Counted from the stretch's first letter, positions 30,347 to 40,206 are shown. The stretch is 64,000 bases of DNA from an uncultured Chlorobiaceae bacterium (GCA_903824045.1 CAIJVD010000019.1:1758-65757), one strand, 5' to 3'. The notes: generated from the letters alone by a model not told the origin. Made by a program: numbers and translations.

Positions 30347-32142
30347 GGCCGCAGATGCATGCACGGGTATCGTTCCGGCTCGGCGTTGTTATCGGGCTGA
30401 TCATCTTTGTGACGGTGGCCGTCAGCTACCTCTCGCTTGGTCGCCAGCTTACTGCGCTGTTGACCTCCGCCGCCCGGCAGGAGATGCGACGCGACCTTCT
30501 TCTTCAGCGCCAGATGCTTGAGCAGAAGCCGGAGGGTTGGGCGGATGGCGGAATCGCGGATGCATGGGTGCGGCGGCTCGGTCGAACGCTTGAGCTCCGG
30601 GTCACCTTCATTGCCCCTGACGGCAGGGTTGTTGCAGACTCCTATATCCCGAAAGAGCAGATTGCTTCACTCCCGAGCCACAGTGATCGTCCGGAATTCA
30701 GTGATGCGATGCATGGAGGTGTCGGGGAGTATTCACGCCGTAGCCAGAGTGTCAACGAAGAGATGCTCTACATGGCCGTGCCTGTGGGGACACCAATGCC
30801 CTACGGCGTGCTTCGTTTTTCCAAACCGGTCTACGACATCAGCGCCTTCTATGCAGGTATACGCAAAAGCATGGAAGAGGGGCTGTTTTGGGCGCTCGTT
30901 TGCGCTGTTGCAGGAGGCATGCTTGCCGCATATTTCCTTGCCCGGCCACTGCGGAGGCTTGCTGAAATCGCACGGCAGCGGATCCGCGGTGACCTTGCGG
31001 CTGCTATTCAACCTGGTCGGGGGGATGAAATCGGAATGCTCGGCCGCGCAGTTGATCTGATGACCGATGAGCTTTCAAGAATGAGGCGGAGCGAGGAGTG
31101 GTATCGGGCCGTGTTTTCAGGCATTCGCGAGGCGATTATCGTTACCGATGAAGCTGGCCAGATCACGCTCTTCAACTCCGCAGCGGCGAGGGTATTCCGC
31201 ATCGATGGTGCCATGTTCAAGTCACGTCCGGTCGAGCATCTCGCCGATGCATCTCTTCGGGAACTCTTCAAGAGAGTGCACGGAAGTCATGAGGCGCTCC
31301 TCAAGCAGGAGATGCCGCTGATGACCTCTAAGGGTCGGCGCATCATGCAGGTCAGCTCCATGCCGGTGATGAGGGACGGCCGGTACGACGGAATGGTTTT
31401 TGTGCTGAACGATATCACCCGGCTCCGGAACCTCGAGAGGGTGCGCAGGGATTTTGTTTCGAGTGTGTCGCATGAACTGCGCACACCGCTCACCAGCATT
31501 CGGGGGTACACTGAAACGCTGCTTGACGGAGCGATGCATGACCCCCGCCATGCCGAGGCCTTTCTGAAAATCATCATGCAGGAGAGCGAGCAGCTTACCG
31601 CCCTGGTCAACGATGTGCTTGATCTTTCGAGGATTGAGTCGGGCCGCATCGAATATCAGTTCGCCGCAGTTGACCTTTTGGCTCTTGTGCAAAAAACGGT
31701 CGGTATGCTTCGTCGCCCGATTGAGGAGAAACATGTTAAACTCGATATAGCACTTCCCGAAACGTTGCCAAAGCTTCACGCTGATGCCGCTTATCTGGAA
31801 ATCGTGGTGCGCAACCTGCTCGACAACGCGGTCAAATATGTCGACGAAGAGAACGGCAGGGTACGCATCACTGCATTCCGGGATGGTGACTCGGTCCGCC
31901 TGGAAGTCGAGGATAACGGCATCGGCATAGCGAAGGAGAATCTTGGCAGGATTTTCGAGCGGTTCTACAGGGTAGACAAGGCGCGTTCCCGCAAGCTCGG
32001 CGGCACAGGCCTCGGTCTTGCCATCGTCAAGCATATCGTCCTCGCCCACAAAGGAAACGTCGAGGTCCGCTCCAGAGTGAACCAGGGCTCCGTATTCAGC
32101 GTGGTGATTCCTGTTGCGCAGGATGAAACGGGTTCGAAGTGA
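30343..32142 (+). CDS. PhoR-like sensor histidine kinase (HAMP-PAS-HisKA-HATPase)
   Basis: DFVSSVSHELRTPLTSI, NLLDNAVKY, RIFERFYRVDKARSR, GTGLGL. Confidence 0.9.
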   Translation: MRPQMHARVSFRLGVVIGLIIFVTVAVSYLSLGRQLTALLTSAARQEMRRDLLLQRQMLEQKPEGWADGGIADAWVRRLGRTLELRVTFIAPDGRVVADSYIPKEQIASLPSHSDRPEFSDAMHGGVGEYSRRSQSVNEEMLYMAVPVGTPMPYGVLRFSKPVYDISAFYAGIRKSMEEGLFWALVCAVAGGMLAAYFLARPLRRLAEIARQRIRGDLAAAIQPGRGDEIGMLGRAVDLMTDELSRMRRSEEWYRAVFSGIREAIIVTDEAGQITLFNSAAARVFRIDGAMFKSRPVEHLADASLRELFKRVHGSHEALLKQEMPLMTSKGRRIMQVSSMPVMRDGRYDGMVFVLNDITRLRNLERVRRDFVSSVSHELRTPLTSIRGYTETLLDGAMHDPRHAEAFLKIIMQESEQLTALVNDVLDLSRIESGRIEYQFAAVDLLALVQKTVGMLRRPIEEKHVKLDIALPETLPKLHADAAYLEIVVRNLLDNAVKYVDEENGRVRITAFRDGDSVRLEVEDNGIGIAKENLGRIFERFYRVDKARSRKLGGTGLGLAIVKHIVLAHKGNVEVRSRVNQGSVFSVVIPVAQDETGSK

Positions 32143-32181
32143 GTGATTGCCGGCAGGGTATTCAGTTTCTCTGCCGCATAG

Positions 32182-32688
32182 TCACCCTGCGGATTCACTC
32201 TGTGTGACTTCCGTGATGATATGGCGGTGCAGGGGAATGCGTACTTCGGGGATAAGGTGGCGGGGGTAGAATCCGCCATCGGAGAGTTCATGGTTGAGCG
32301 AGACCCGGTCGTCGGCGACAATGACCTTGTAGGCCACCACCAGGAGCGAACCGTACATCTCAACCTCCCTGTGGTAGATGCCGATCAGCCTGTCGATCCG
32401 ACCCTCCAGCGAGGTTTCTTCCATCAGCTCCCGCAGGCATCCCTCGTGCGGCTCTTCACCGGCCTCAAGAAATCCGCCCGGAAGCGCCCACTCGTCGAAT
32501 GCCGGCTCCTGTGCCCTTCTTACCACCAGAAGTTCCCCCTTGCTGTTGAGGGTATAGGCCAGCGCGACCGGCAGAGGGTTGATGTAGTGCACCCATCTGC
32601 AGGAGGGGCAGAACATCCGGTCGCGCCCCTCGATCATGGCGCCCTCAAGCGGTTTTCCACATACAGGACAGAATGAGTATGCTTTCAT
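32182..32688 (-). CDS. NUDIX hydrolase with N-terminal zinc ribbon
   Basis: CPVCG...CPSC; Nudix box GGFLEAGEEPHEGCLRELMEET. Confidence 0.9.
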   Translation of the reverse strand: MKAYSFCPVCGKPLEGAMIEGRDRMFCPSCRWVHYINPLPVALAYTLNSKGELLVVRRAQEPAFDEWALPGGFLEAGEEPHEGCLRELMEETSLEGRIDRLIGIYHREVEMYGSLLVVAYKVIVADDRVSLNHELSDGGFYPRHLIPEVRIPLHRHIITEVTQSESAG

Positions 32689-32766
32689 GGCTCTTCAAGA
32701 AACTTTTTGCCGTTACGCTGGATTTATCAAAGGGAAACGTCTCAATAAACAGAATAAGTTTCACTT

Positions 32767-33243
32767 ATGGCAATAGCAACACTTAAAGAGGGCGTCGCGG
32801 CTCCGGCAATTTCCGCCACAGATCAGGACTCTCGGCCTGTAACGCTTGAGGAGTACCGGGGTCAAAAGGTCGTTCTCTATTTTTATCCGAAGGACGACAC
32901 ACCCGGATGTACGAAGGAGGCTTGCGCTTTTCGTGACAATTTGCCTAACTTTGACAAAGTAGGGGTTGTGGTACTGGGCGTCAGTGTCGATGACGAGAAG
33001 CGGCACAGGAAGTTTGCTGACAAGTATCAACTTCCCTTCCGTCTTGTAGCCGATCCCGAGAAGAAGATTGTAGAGGCTTATGGCGTGTGGGGCCAGAAGA
33101 AGTTCATGGGCCGGGAGTATATGGGTACCAGTCGGGTTACCTACCTGATCGATGAACAGGGCGTGATCGAAAAGGTGTGGCCGAAAGTCGCTCCGGAAAC
33201 ACATGCTGCAGAACTTCTCGACTATCTGCAGAAAAAATCATGA
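32767..33243 (+). CDS. bcp: Peroxiredoxin BCP/PrxQ
   Basis: YFYPKDDTPGCTKEACAFRD. Confidence 0.94.
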   Translation: MAIATLKEGVAAPAISATDQDSRPVTLEEYRGQKVVLYFYPKDDTPGCTKEACAFRDNLPNFDKVGVVVLGVSVDDEKRHRKFADKYQLPFRLVADPEKKIVEAYGVWGQKKFMGREYMGTSRVTYLIDEQGVIEKVWPKVAPETHAAELLDYLQKKS

Positions 33244-33252
33244 CAGAAGAGA

Positions 33253-33816
33253 ATGGTCAACGAATTTGAACAGCTTTCGGCAGGGAAACTTCTGCTTGCT
33301 TCGGCAAATCTGCTGGAGTCGAACTTCAAGCGCACGGTGCTGATCATGTGCGAGCATAACGAGAAGGGCTCCCTGGGCTTTATACTCAACCGGCCGATGG
33401 AGTTCAAGGTGCGCGAAGCGATTGCCGGTTTCGAGGATATCGGTGAGGTGCTGCACATGGGCGGGCCGGTCCAGGTCGATACCGTGCACTTTCTTCACGC
33501 AAGGGGCGATCTTATCGAGGACTCCCTTGAAATTATTCCCGGCCTCTTCTGGGGCGGGGACAAGGAAGAGCTGAGCTACCTGCTCAATACCGGGGTCATG
33601 CACCCTTCGGAAATCCGCTTTTTCCTCGGCTATGCAGGCTGGACTGCCGGTCAGCTCGAGGCGGAGTTCGAAGAGGGCTCCTGGTACACCGCCGACGCTT
33701 CAAAGGAGATTATCTTCAGCGACGCCTACGAACGGATGTGGAGCCGCTCGGTGCGCTCAAAGGGTGGCCAGTATCAGCTCATCGCCAACTCTCCCGAGCT
33801 TCCCGGGCTCAACTAA
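33253..33816 (+). CDS. YqgE/AlgH family protein
   Basis: FKRTVLIMCEH, GFILNRP, GGPVQ, FLGYAGW. Confidence 0.9.
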   Translation: MVNEFEQLSAGKLLLASANLLESNFKRTVLIMCEHNEKGSLGFILNRPMEFKVREAIAGFEDIGEVLHMGGPVQVDTVHFLHARGDLIEDSLEIIPGLFWGGDKEELSYLLNTGVMHPSEIRFFLGYAGWTAGQLEAEFEEGSWYTADASKEIIFSDAYERMWSRSVRSKGGQYQLIANSPELPGLN

Positions 33817-33910
33817 AGAGATGCCCGGAATTAAGCGGAGCCGATTGTTGTTGTTCTAATTGGTGAAAAAGGATATATACTACTGCTATCAAACCGAAAC
33901 GGTTGCTCTT

Positions 33911-34311
33911 GGGGATGACAGGCTTTCGACAGGGCAGGTGTGAAGTGGAGTTGCACTCCGAGTTTCAGCATGGATGGACTCGTTAAAGAAGTCTATGCAA
34001 ACAATAGATGCAGACGATTATTCGTATGCAATGGCTGCCTGATTAGCACAAGTTAATTAATCAGCCATCGTCCGATGGGGGATGCGCTTACTCTGAAGCC
34101 ACCGGATGGCATAACCCGCGCTTGAGCTTCGGTTCGCGCAAGTAAGCCCCGTCTGCTTTTGCCCGAAAGGGCGGCCGGGTGAAACAAAGAGGGATAGCGA
34201 ACCGGACTTTACAGGCGTAGCAACGGTTTGTGAAACAACAAACACCTGAGATGAGTGTGGTGGCTTTACTGAGCAGTGTTCTGGACTCGGGTTCGACTCC
34301 CGACATCTCCA
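33911..34311 (+). ncRNA. ssrA: tmRNA
   Basis: 5' GGGGATGACAGGCTTTCGAC; 3' GGGTTCGACTCCCGACATCTCCA; tag (A)DDYSYAMAA-stop. Confidence 0.97.
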
Positions 34312-34556
34312 CTGAAAATGTCTTGCGGTAACTCGCAAGACCGTCCGAAACTCCCTGTGAAAGCAGGGTTTTTCGCGTTTCAAGAGTTTCTTTTTTGTAT
34401 CAGGATGTATCAGCAAGGATTGTTAGATGCCATCTTTTTTGGTGCCATAGTAAGTACAGGAGAGGCAAGCATTGAAGTACTCCCACAATAAAGCGGGTAC
34501 CCATCCCGAAGCAAATTGTTCCCCTGTCAGCGCATAGGATAGAGACCGCCAAGCCA

Positions 34557-34889
34557 TCATTGCCGTGGCAGTAAGGTAATCTCACGAGAAACCACACCCG
34601 GCTTTGGGCTACTCGGCCCTCGCGGTATGCTTTCGTCTTCATTTGACGAGGCTTTGGCTGAGTTGACCTTCTCTGCAGGCAGCTCTACTCTTTGGCGGAC
34701 ATTCGTTAGTGTTCCTCGAAAGTCGATCTCTATCTGCTCGCCGGTGCGATCATCAAAAATAAGGACAGGTGACTGCTCGTCACTACCAATGATCTCTTTT
34801 ACTTTCTTAACGACCACCAGAAGGCTTCCTGAAGCGATACTGTGATGACCTTCAAACGCGGTGCAAGTTTTTAGATCCTGTTCATCCAT
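34557..34889 (-). pseudogene. Truncated DUF2239 family gene
   Basis: CTAFEG...VLIFDDRTGEQIEIDFRG...RGP..PKPGVVSREITLLPRQ-stop-WL; TGA falls where HWEWL is expected and the C-terminal half is not recognisable. Confidence 0.75.
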
Positions 34890-35026
34890 CGGTTATTATC
34901 CTCCAGTGGCATGTGAACTTACTCAGCAAATAAGTCGTTTATCGGCTGCCCGGCTCTGCGGCTTCCATATCTCCATGCGCCTCCGGGTATTGCCGGTCAT
35001 AGCGTTCTTCTTCTCCAAAGGGACCC

Positions 35027-35641
35027 TCACAGGTTTTGAATCTTTTTGAAATCTTTCGAAATGCCGTTAAACATCATATTCGTCGCGGTCTGCATAATTA
35101 ACGACATTGCCGAATTCGTCATCGAGCGGAGTATCTTGTTCGGCATAATCCTGAACGCTGGATAAAGCACAAACCGAACATCAATTTTCAAATCAAAATG
35201 CACCTTGGTCTTATTGTTGACCCGATGCATCTCAAGATTAGCAAACGCCTTGCCCTCAAAAAGGTATTTCTTCGGATCAGCAATATGGGTTGTTACAGGA
35301 TAGTGTTTCCACTGTATTTTTTTACCAACGGTATACTGCCTTATCATCTCATCAGTCAGCTCGTCAGGGTCCGTACACTCGATATGCTCAGGCAGTGCAA
35401 CAAGCAACTCATCAATCTGCTCTACAAAAAAGATTACATCCAGTGGATTATTCTGAGGATCACTAACCCGAAAATGCCACCGATAAACATTTTCAATATC
35501 CGTATCCTCAACGCTGTGGCAAAAAGGATTGAATCCCAGTATTTTTTTATGGTTAGAAAGGTACTCAGCAGTCCGGTCGAGCTCCTCATGGAAAAACCAC
35601 TCGAACTTGCTTGCCCCCCTGGCATCCATCTCTATTGTCAT
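35027..35641 (-). CDS. AT-rich hypothetical protein, possibly DUF1997/SRPBCC-like
   Basis: 204-aa ORF, visibly AT-richer than its flanks; amphipathic C-terminal helix typical of START-like folds. Confidence 0.6.
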   Translation of the reverse strand: MTIEMDARGASKFEWFFHEELDRTAEYLSNHKKILGFNPFCHSVEDTDIENVYRWHFRVSDPQNNPLDVIFFVEQIDELLVALPEHIECTDPDELTDEMIRQYTVGKKIQWKHYPVTTHIADPKKYLFEGKAFANLEMHRVNNKTKVHFDLKIDVRFVLYPAFRIMPNKILRSMTNSAMSLIMQTATNMMFNGISKDFKKIQNL

Positions 35642-36018
35642 AGTCTCGAAGGAATCATTTCATTTACATTACTTCTGCATGAAGGCGCTCATCCTGTTCA
35701 TGCATTTGAATAGATCACTATTATTGACGATCCCCCCCCCCGCAATACCTGAGGCCGAAGCGGCTTGTAACCGCAACACGGTGATCGACTGTAGGTAGTT
35801 GTAAGTGCGTATCTTGACGCGCCTCACCTCTGTGTGATATCCTGCTTGTATTATGCCTGAAATCGGGGGATTTCAAAGGCTTTGTTATGAAGGTTGCAGC
35901 TTATAGACGGTAAGTCATTATAGAAAATAAGCCGCTTACTGTAACCTGAAGAAGTTTGGGAAATACGATGCACTGCCCAATAGGAGTTAGCTTTAGTCGC
36001 CGGCTTGTTACCCGTAAC

Positions 36019-36291
36019 TCACTCCCCGGATAGGTCGCCATTTTCCGGTAAAACCCTCCCGGGCCCCCTTTTCGTCTCAGCCTGACCTCGAAGAAAACTA
36101 ATAAGCTTCCCGGCCGCAGGCACAGCAGCAGCAGTAGCCGCAGTAGCCGCAGCACCAAGCCCTAAGCCGCCTATAACCACGCTTGAAATTGCGCCGAAAG
36201 CCAACGGTGGCCCAAGCAACGTCACCAACCTGGTCCCTTTTAGAGCCTTCCGTTCGGTAGCGGGGTCAAGATCGCCATCTGCTTGAGTCAT
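36019..36291 (-). CDS. Possible small hydrophobic Gly/Ala-rich protein
   Basis: 90 aa with a long apolar core; AT-rich initiation region; atypical codons. Confidence 0.4.
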   Translation of the reverse strand: MTQADGDLDPATERKALKGTRLVTLLGPPLAFGAISSVVIGGLGLGAAATAATAAAVPAAGKLISFLRGQAETKRGPGRVLPENGDLSGE

Positions 36292-36732
36292 AAAAATAAA
36301 AGGATAGTGTCAATAAAAACCCTTCTTGAGAAATTCCTCGCCCTTCAATTTAAAAAAAACACAACACAAAATCACTCCTTCACCGCTTTTCGATTCACCT
36401 GACTCTTTTCCAATGGTGACATTCCGCCATTTGCATTAACGAGGGGCGGTGCGATGAACTTGAGAAACTGCGGGCCGAGCTCCAGCTCGGTTTTTTTAGC
36501 AGAAGCCTTCGGATTCGTTGGTGTTGTGGTCGTCGTTGTGTCCACGATGAGGAGCATTTGCACAACTTGACTGAGTTTGGAAAGATTGTGCTGTTATGGA
36601 AATCATTTACAGGGCGCAGAGGGCAACAATGCCTGACTGCAGCGGGTCAATGTCATTATGCCTGATGGGGGTTGTATAATCTTTTTGGAAGTCGTACATT
36701 AACGATTGTTACGACGCTCTTTATCCATTGCT

Positions 36733-36878
36733 GTTCATCAAGAAAGGCTGAGGGAATAGACCCTGCGACGCCTTGACAACCGATTCCGTCCGCTGGAGGG
36801 AACACGGTGCCACATTCTACTTCCGCACTCTATTGCATTTCGGGTTTTACCCGGAATGAAGCTGAAGAATGATGAGTG
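36733..36878 (+). ncRNA. SAM-I riboswitch aptamer
   Basis: TCATCAAGAAAGGCTGAGGGAATAGACCC...GACAACC...CGGTGCCAC...TGATGAG. Confidence 0.9.
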
Positions 36879-36961
36879 AAAAAGAGCGTTCATGCTTCTC
36901 TTTTCAAAACAGGTATCCCGCCTTCCGGCAGGGTCCCGCCGAGAAACAGAGTTTTATTAAA

Positions 36962-37000
36962 GACCTCTTCCATGCTCATCCGGGAAGAGGTTTTTTTATT
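36962..37000 (+). terminator. Terminator of the SAM-I expression platform
   Basis: ACCTCTTCC-ATGCTCATCCG-GGAAGAGGT plus T tract; loop CTCATC is complementary to the P1 3' strand GATGAG. Confidence 0.8.
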
Positions 37001-37033
37001 TTGTGTATTGCCAATATCTAATCAGGACTCTCC

Positions 37034-38170
37034 ATGACCTTCCAGACTGACACTATCCACGCCGGCGTAGGTCCCGACAAGGCTTACGGTGCCATTATGA
37101 CTCCGATCTACCAGAGCTCGACCTTTGTTTTCGAGGATATCGGAAAGCATAAGGGTTTCGATTATACCAGAAGCGGCAACCCTACCCGCAAGGCCCTCGA
37201 GGACAACCTTTGTGCGCTTGAAGGGTGTTCGTCTGCTGTTGCCGTGACGACCGGCATGGCTGCCATCACCTCAACCCTCAGCATCTTCAACTCCGGGGAC
37301 GAAATCATCTGTACCGACGACTGCTACGGCGGTACTTCGAGGCTGATGAAGACGGTCGAGGAGCATTTCGGCATCAAGGTGCACTTCGTGAACCTTCAGG
37401 AAGCAGCGAACCTGCTTCCCTATGTGAATGAAAAAACAAAGGCTGTATGGGTCGAGACCCCCTCAAACCCTCTGTTGAACCTGGTCGATATCCATGCGGT
37501 TTCGCTGCTTGCCAAGGCGCGCGGGCTGCTTACCATCGTGGACAATACCTTCCTTTCGCCATACGGGCAGAAGCCGTTTGAGCTTGGCGCCGATATCGTG
37601 GTTCACTCCACAACCAAGTACCTGAACGGCCACTCCGATGTGGTTGGCGGCGCAGTGCTTTCCAATAGCGAGGATCTTGATGCCCGTCTGAAGTTTATCG
37701 TCAATGCGCTTGGAACCTGCGCCCAGCCGTTCGACTGCTGGCTGGTGCTGCGCGGCATCAAGACGCTGGTGGTGCGCATGAGAGAGCATGAGAAGAATGC
37801 CCAGGCGGTCGCCGAGTTTCTGCAGAAGCATCCGAAGGTCAAGCGGGTCTTCTATCCCGGCCTGCCGGATCATCCGCAGCATGAGCTTGCCCGCCAGCAG
37901 CAGAAGATTTTCGGTGGCATGGTCTCCTTTGAGCTTGAGGGGGGGATCGAGGATGTCAACCGTGTGCTCAAGGGTACAAAGCTTTTCGCTCTGGCCGAGA
38001 GCCTTGGCGGTGTGGAGTCGCTGATCGAGCATCCCGCGACCATGAGCCACGCATCAATGGATCACGACCATCGCCAGTCGGCCGGCATTACCGATACCAT
38101 TATTCGCCTCTCTGTCGGCATTGAGGATGGTGATGACCTTATCGCCGACTTGAAGAGTGCCCTTGGATAA
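37034..38170 (+). CDS. Cystathionine gamma-synthase/lyase family PLP enzyme
   Basis: YTRSGNPT, ETPSNP, VHSTTKYLNGHSD, AESLGGVESL; downstream of the SAM-I switch. Confidence 0.92.
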   Translation: MTFQTDTIHAGVGPDKAYGAIMTPIYQSSTFVFEDIGKHKGFDYTRSGNPTRKALEDNLCALEGCSSAVAVTTGMAAITSTLSIFNSGDEIICTDDCYGGTSRLMKTVEEHFGIKVHFVNLQEAANLLPYVNEKTKAVWVETPSNPLLNLVDIHAVSLLAKARGLLTIVDNTFLSPYGQKPFELGADIVVHSTTKYLNGHSDVVGGAVLSNSEDLDARLKFIVNALGTCAQPFDCWLVLRGIKTLVVRMREHEKNAQAVAEFLQKHPKVKRVFYPGLPDHPQHELARQQQKIFGGMVSFELEGGIEDVNRVLKGTKLFALAESLGGVESLIEHPATMSHASMDHDHRQSAGITDTIIRLSVGIEDGDDLIADLKSALG

Positions 38171-38184
38171 ACGGGGTTTACTCC

Positions 38185-38940
38185 ATGTTTGATCTCTTTA
38201 GCCGAGCAGAAAGCGATCCTCCGCCAGCGGTGCCCTACACACTGAGGGTAAGCCAGCGGGCGAAGTGCGCGAGGCTGAAAATGACTCCGCATGGGGGCCT
38301 TGAGGTGGTTATTCCCCGCGGTTACGACAAGCGCCAGATCCCTTCGCTGTTGCGGCATCATGACGCATGGATCCGCAAGGTTTCAGCGAGGTTTGAGGCC
38401 GAGCGCCCCGAGCCGCTGCCTTCACGCCAAAACGGGCTTCCGCACCTGATCGCATTTCCGCATTACGGTGAGGAGTGGCGGGTTGATTATGTTCGTGCAG
38501 GGCGCGGGGAGGTTCGCCTTGACGTTGTTGAGGAGGGTGTTCTGAGGGTTTTCGGCGATATTGATGATGCCCTGCTCTCTGGCTCGCTGCTTTGCAACTG
38601 GCTGAAAAAGCGAGCCGGAGCGATTCTTGTTCCCTCGCTCGAAAAAGTCGCCGCCGCGCATGGTTTCGGCTTTACCTCCGCCGGAGTTCGCCTGCAGAAC
38701 TCCCGATGGGGGAGCTGCTCATCTCGCCGCTCGATCACCCTGAACGCCAAGCTGCTTTTTCTGCCCGACTACCTGGTTCAATACATCATGGTGCATGAAC
38801 TCTCCCATACGGTGCACATGAACCACTCTCGCGCATTCTGGTCGCTGGTCCGAGAGCACGATCCCCTGTGGCGCAGCAACGACCGGGAGATGAAAACCGC
38901 ATGGAAATATGTGCCTGAATGGGTGGCCGTGCGCAGCTGA
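38185..38940 (+). CDS. M48/YgjP-like (DUF45) metal-dependent hydrolase
   Basis: RWGSCS, HELSH (HExxH), NHSRAFW. Confidence 0.87.
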   Translation: MFDLFSRAESDPPPAVPYTLRVSQRAKCARLKMTPHGGLEVVIPRGYDKRQIPSLLRHHDAWIRKVSARFEAERPEPLPSRQNGLPHLIAFPHYGEEWRVDYVRAGRGEVRLDVVEEGVLRVFGDIDDALLSGSLLCNWLKKRAGAILVPSLEKVAAAHGFGFTSAGVRLQNSRWGSCSSRRSITLNAKLLFLPDYLVQYIMVHELSHTVHMNHSRAFWSLVREHDPLWRSNDREMKTAWKYVPEWVAVRS

Positions 38941-39000
38941 GTTGCACGGTATTTTGTAGATTGCACCTCACGACCAACTTCAAATGCTAATCCTCACGCC

Positions 39001-40104
39001 ATGAATATCGGAATTCCAGTTGAAATCAAGACCGGGGAGAATCGGGTGGCCTGCACCCCTTCCGGAGTCCGCCACCTTGTCGCGGCGGGCCACAGGGTTG
39101 TTGTTCAGGCTGGAGCGGGTGCGCGAAGCGGATTCAGTGACGACAAATACCGTCGTGCCGGTGCGGTCGTGACCCTCTCGGTTGACAAAGTCTGGAAAAG
39201 CGATCTTGTCGTCAAAGTTAAGGAGCCCCTCCAGGAGGAGTTTCGATTTTTTCGCGAAGAGTTGATTGTTTTTACCTTTCTTCATCTTGCCAGCCAGCCG
39301 GATTTGGCGCTGAAGCTGATCGAGAGCGGCGTCACAGCGATTGCCTACGAGACGGTGCAGGAGAGCGGGCGCCTTCCCCTGCTGGCGCCGATGAGCGAGA
39401 TTGCCGGAAAAATGAGCGTGCTGATGGGGGCATATTACCTTGGTGCCCATTACGGGGGCAAGGGCAAGCTGCTTGGGGGAGTGCCCGGAGTTCTTCCCGG
39501 CAGGGTTGGCGTTCTCGGCGGCGGGTCGGCCGGAATGCACGCCGCAAAGGTCGCTGCTGGGCTCGGCGCTGACGTGACGGTTCTTGAGATCGGCCAGGAT
39601 CGAATGCATTACCTCGAATCAGCTCTTCCTGCGCAGGTTCATACACTCTACTCAACCGAGCAGCATATTGAGGAGCAACTTGAGACGGTCGATCTTCTGA
39701 TCGGGGCGGTACTTGTGCCTGGAGCGGTCGCGCCGAGGCTTGTCACTCGTGAGATGCTTCGGCGGATGAAACCCGGCTCGGTTCTTGTCGACATAGCGAT
39801 TGACCAGGGCGGCTGCATTGCCACCTCAAGGCCAACGACCCACCAGGATCCTGTGTTTATCGAAGAGGGGGTTGTGCACTACTGCGTGGCCAACATGCCC
39901 GCAGCCTATCCCCAGACCTCCACTGAGGCACTTACCGGCGCAACGCTACCCTACATCCGCAGAATTGCCGATTTCGGCCTTGAGAGTGCCATGGTGATGA
40001 TGCCCGGCCTTTCAATGGGGCTGAATATCTGGAAAGGTTCGGTTACCCATGAAGCTCTCGCCGGCTCCCTCAATAAGCCGTTCCACGAAAACCCGTTTGC
40101 TTGA
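39001..40104 (+). CDS. ald: Alanine dehydrogenase (canonical)
   Basis: [42 protein letters not shown]. Confidence 0.93.
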   Translation: MNIGIPVEIKTGENRVACTPSGVRHLVAAGHRVVVQAGAGARSGFSDDKYRRAGAVVTLSVDKVWKSDLVVKVKEPLQEEFRFFREELIVFTFLHLASQPDLALKLIESGVTAIAYETVQESGRLPLLAPMSEIAGKMSVLMGAYYLGAHYGGKGKLLGGVPGVLPGRVGVLGGGSAGMHAAKVAAGLGADVTVLEIGQDRMHYLESALPAQVHTLYSTEQHIEEQLETVDLLIGAVLVPGAVAPRLVTREMLRRMKPGSVLVDIAIDQGGCIATSRPTTHQDPVFIEEGVVHYCVANMPAAYPQTSTEALTGATLPYIRRIADFGLESAMVMMPGLSMGLNIWKGSVTHEALAGSLNKPFHENPFA

Positions 40105-40206
40105 GGAGGTTTTTGATTGGGGGAGATTGGTCCACTAATTGCACGAATTTTCACGAATTGAAGAGAGTCGTGATTGAGGGCTGTAGGGCTGGGTTGATCG
40201 GGTTAT

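Noticed and set aside
32731-32760. ECF promoter (GGAAAC...GTT) before bcp, and GGAACT...TCAAA before rubrerythrin
   Set aside because: Spacing does not fit known ECF consensus
34554-34562. Selenocysteine or programmed read-through at the DUF2239 TGA
   Set aside because: The position corresponds to Trp, there is no SECIS-like hairpin, and the frame closes again a few codons later
34312-36700. Intact prophage or ICE at ssrA
   Set aside because: No integrase, no phage genes and no duplicated ssrA 3' end found
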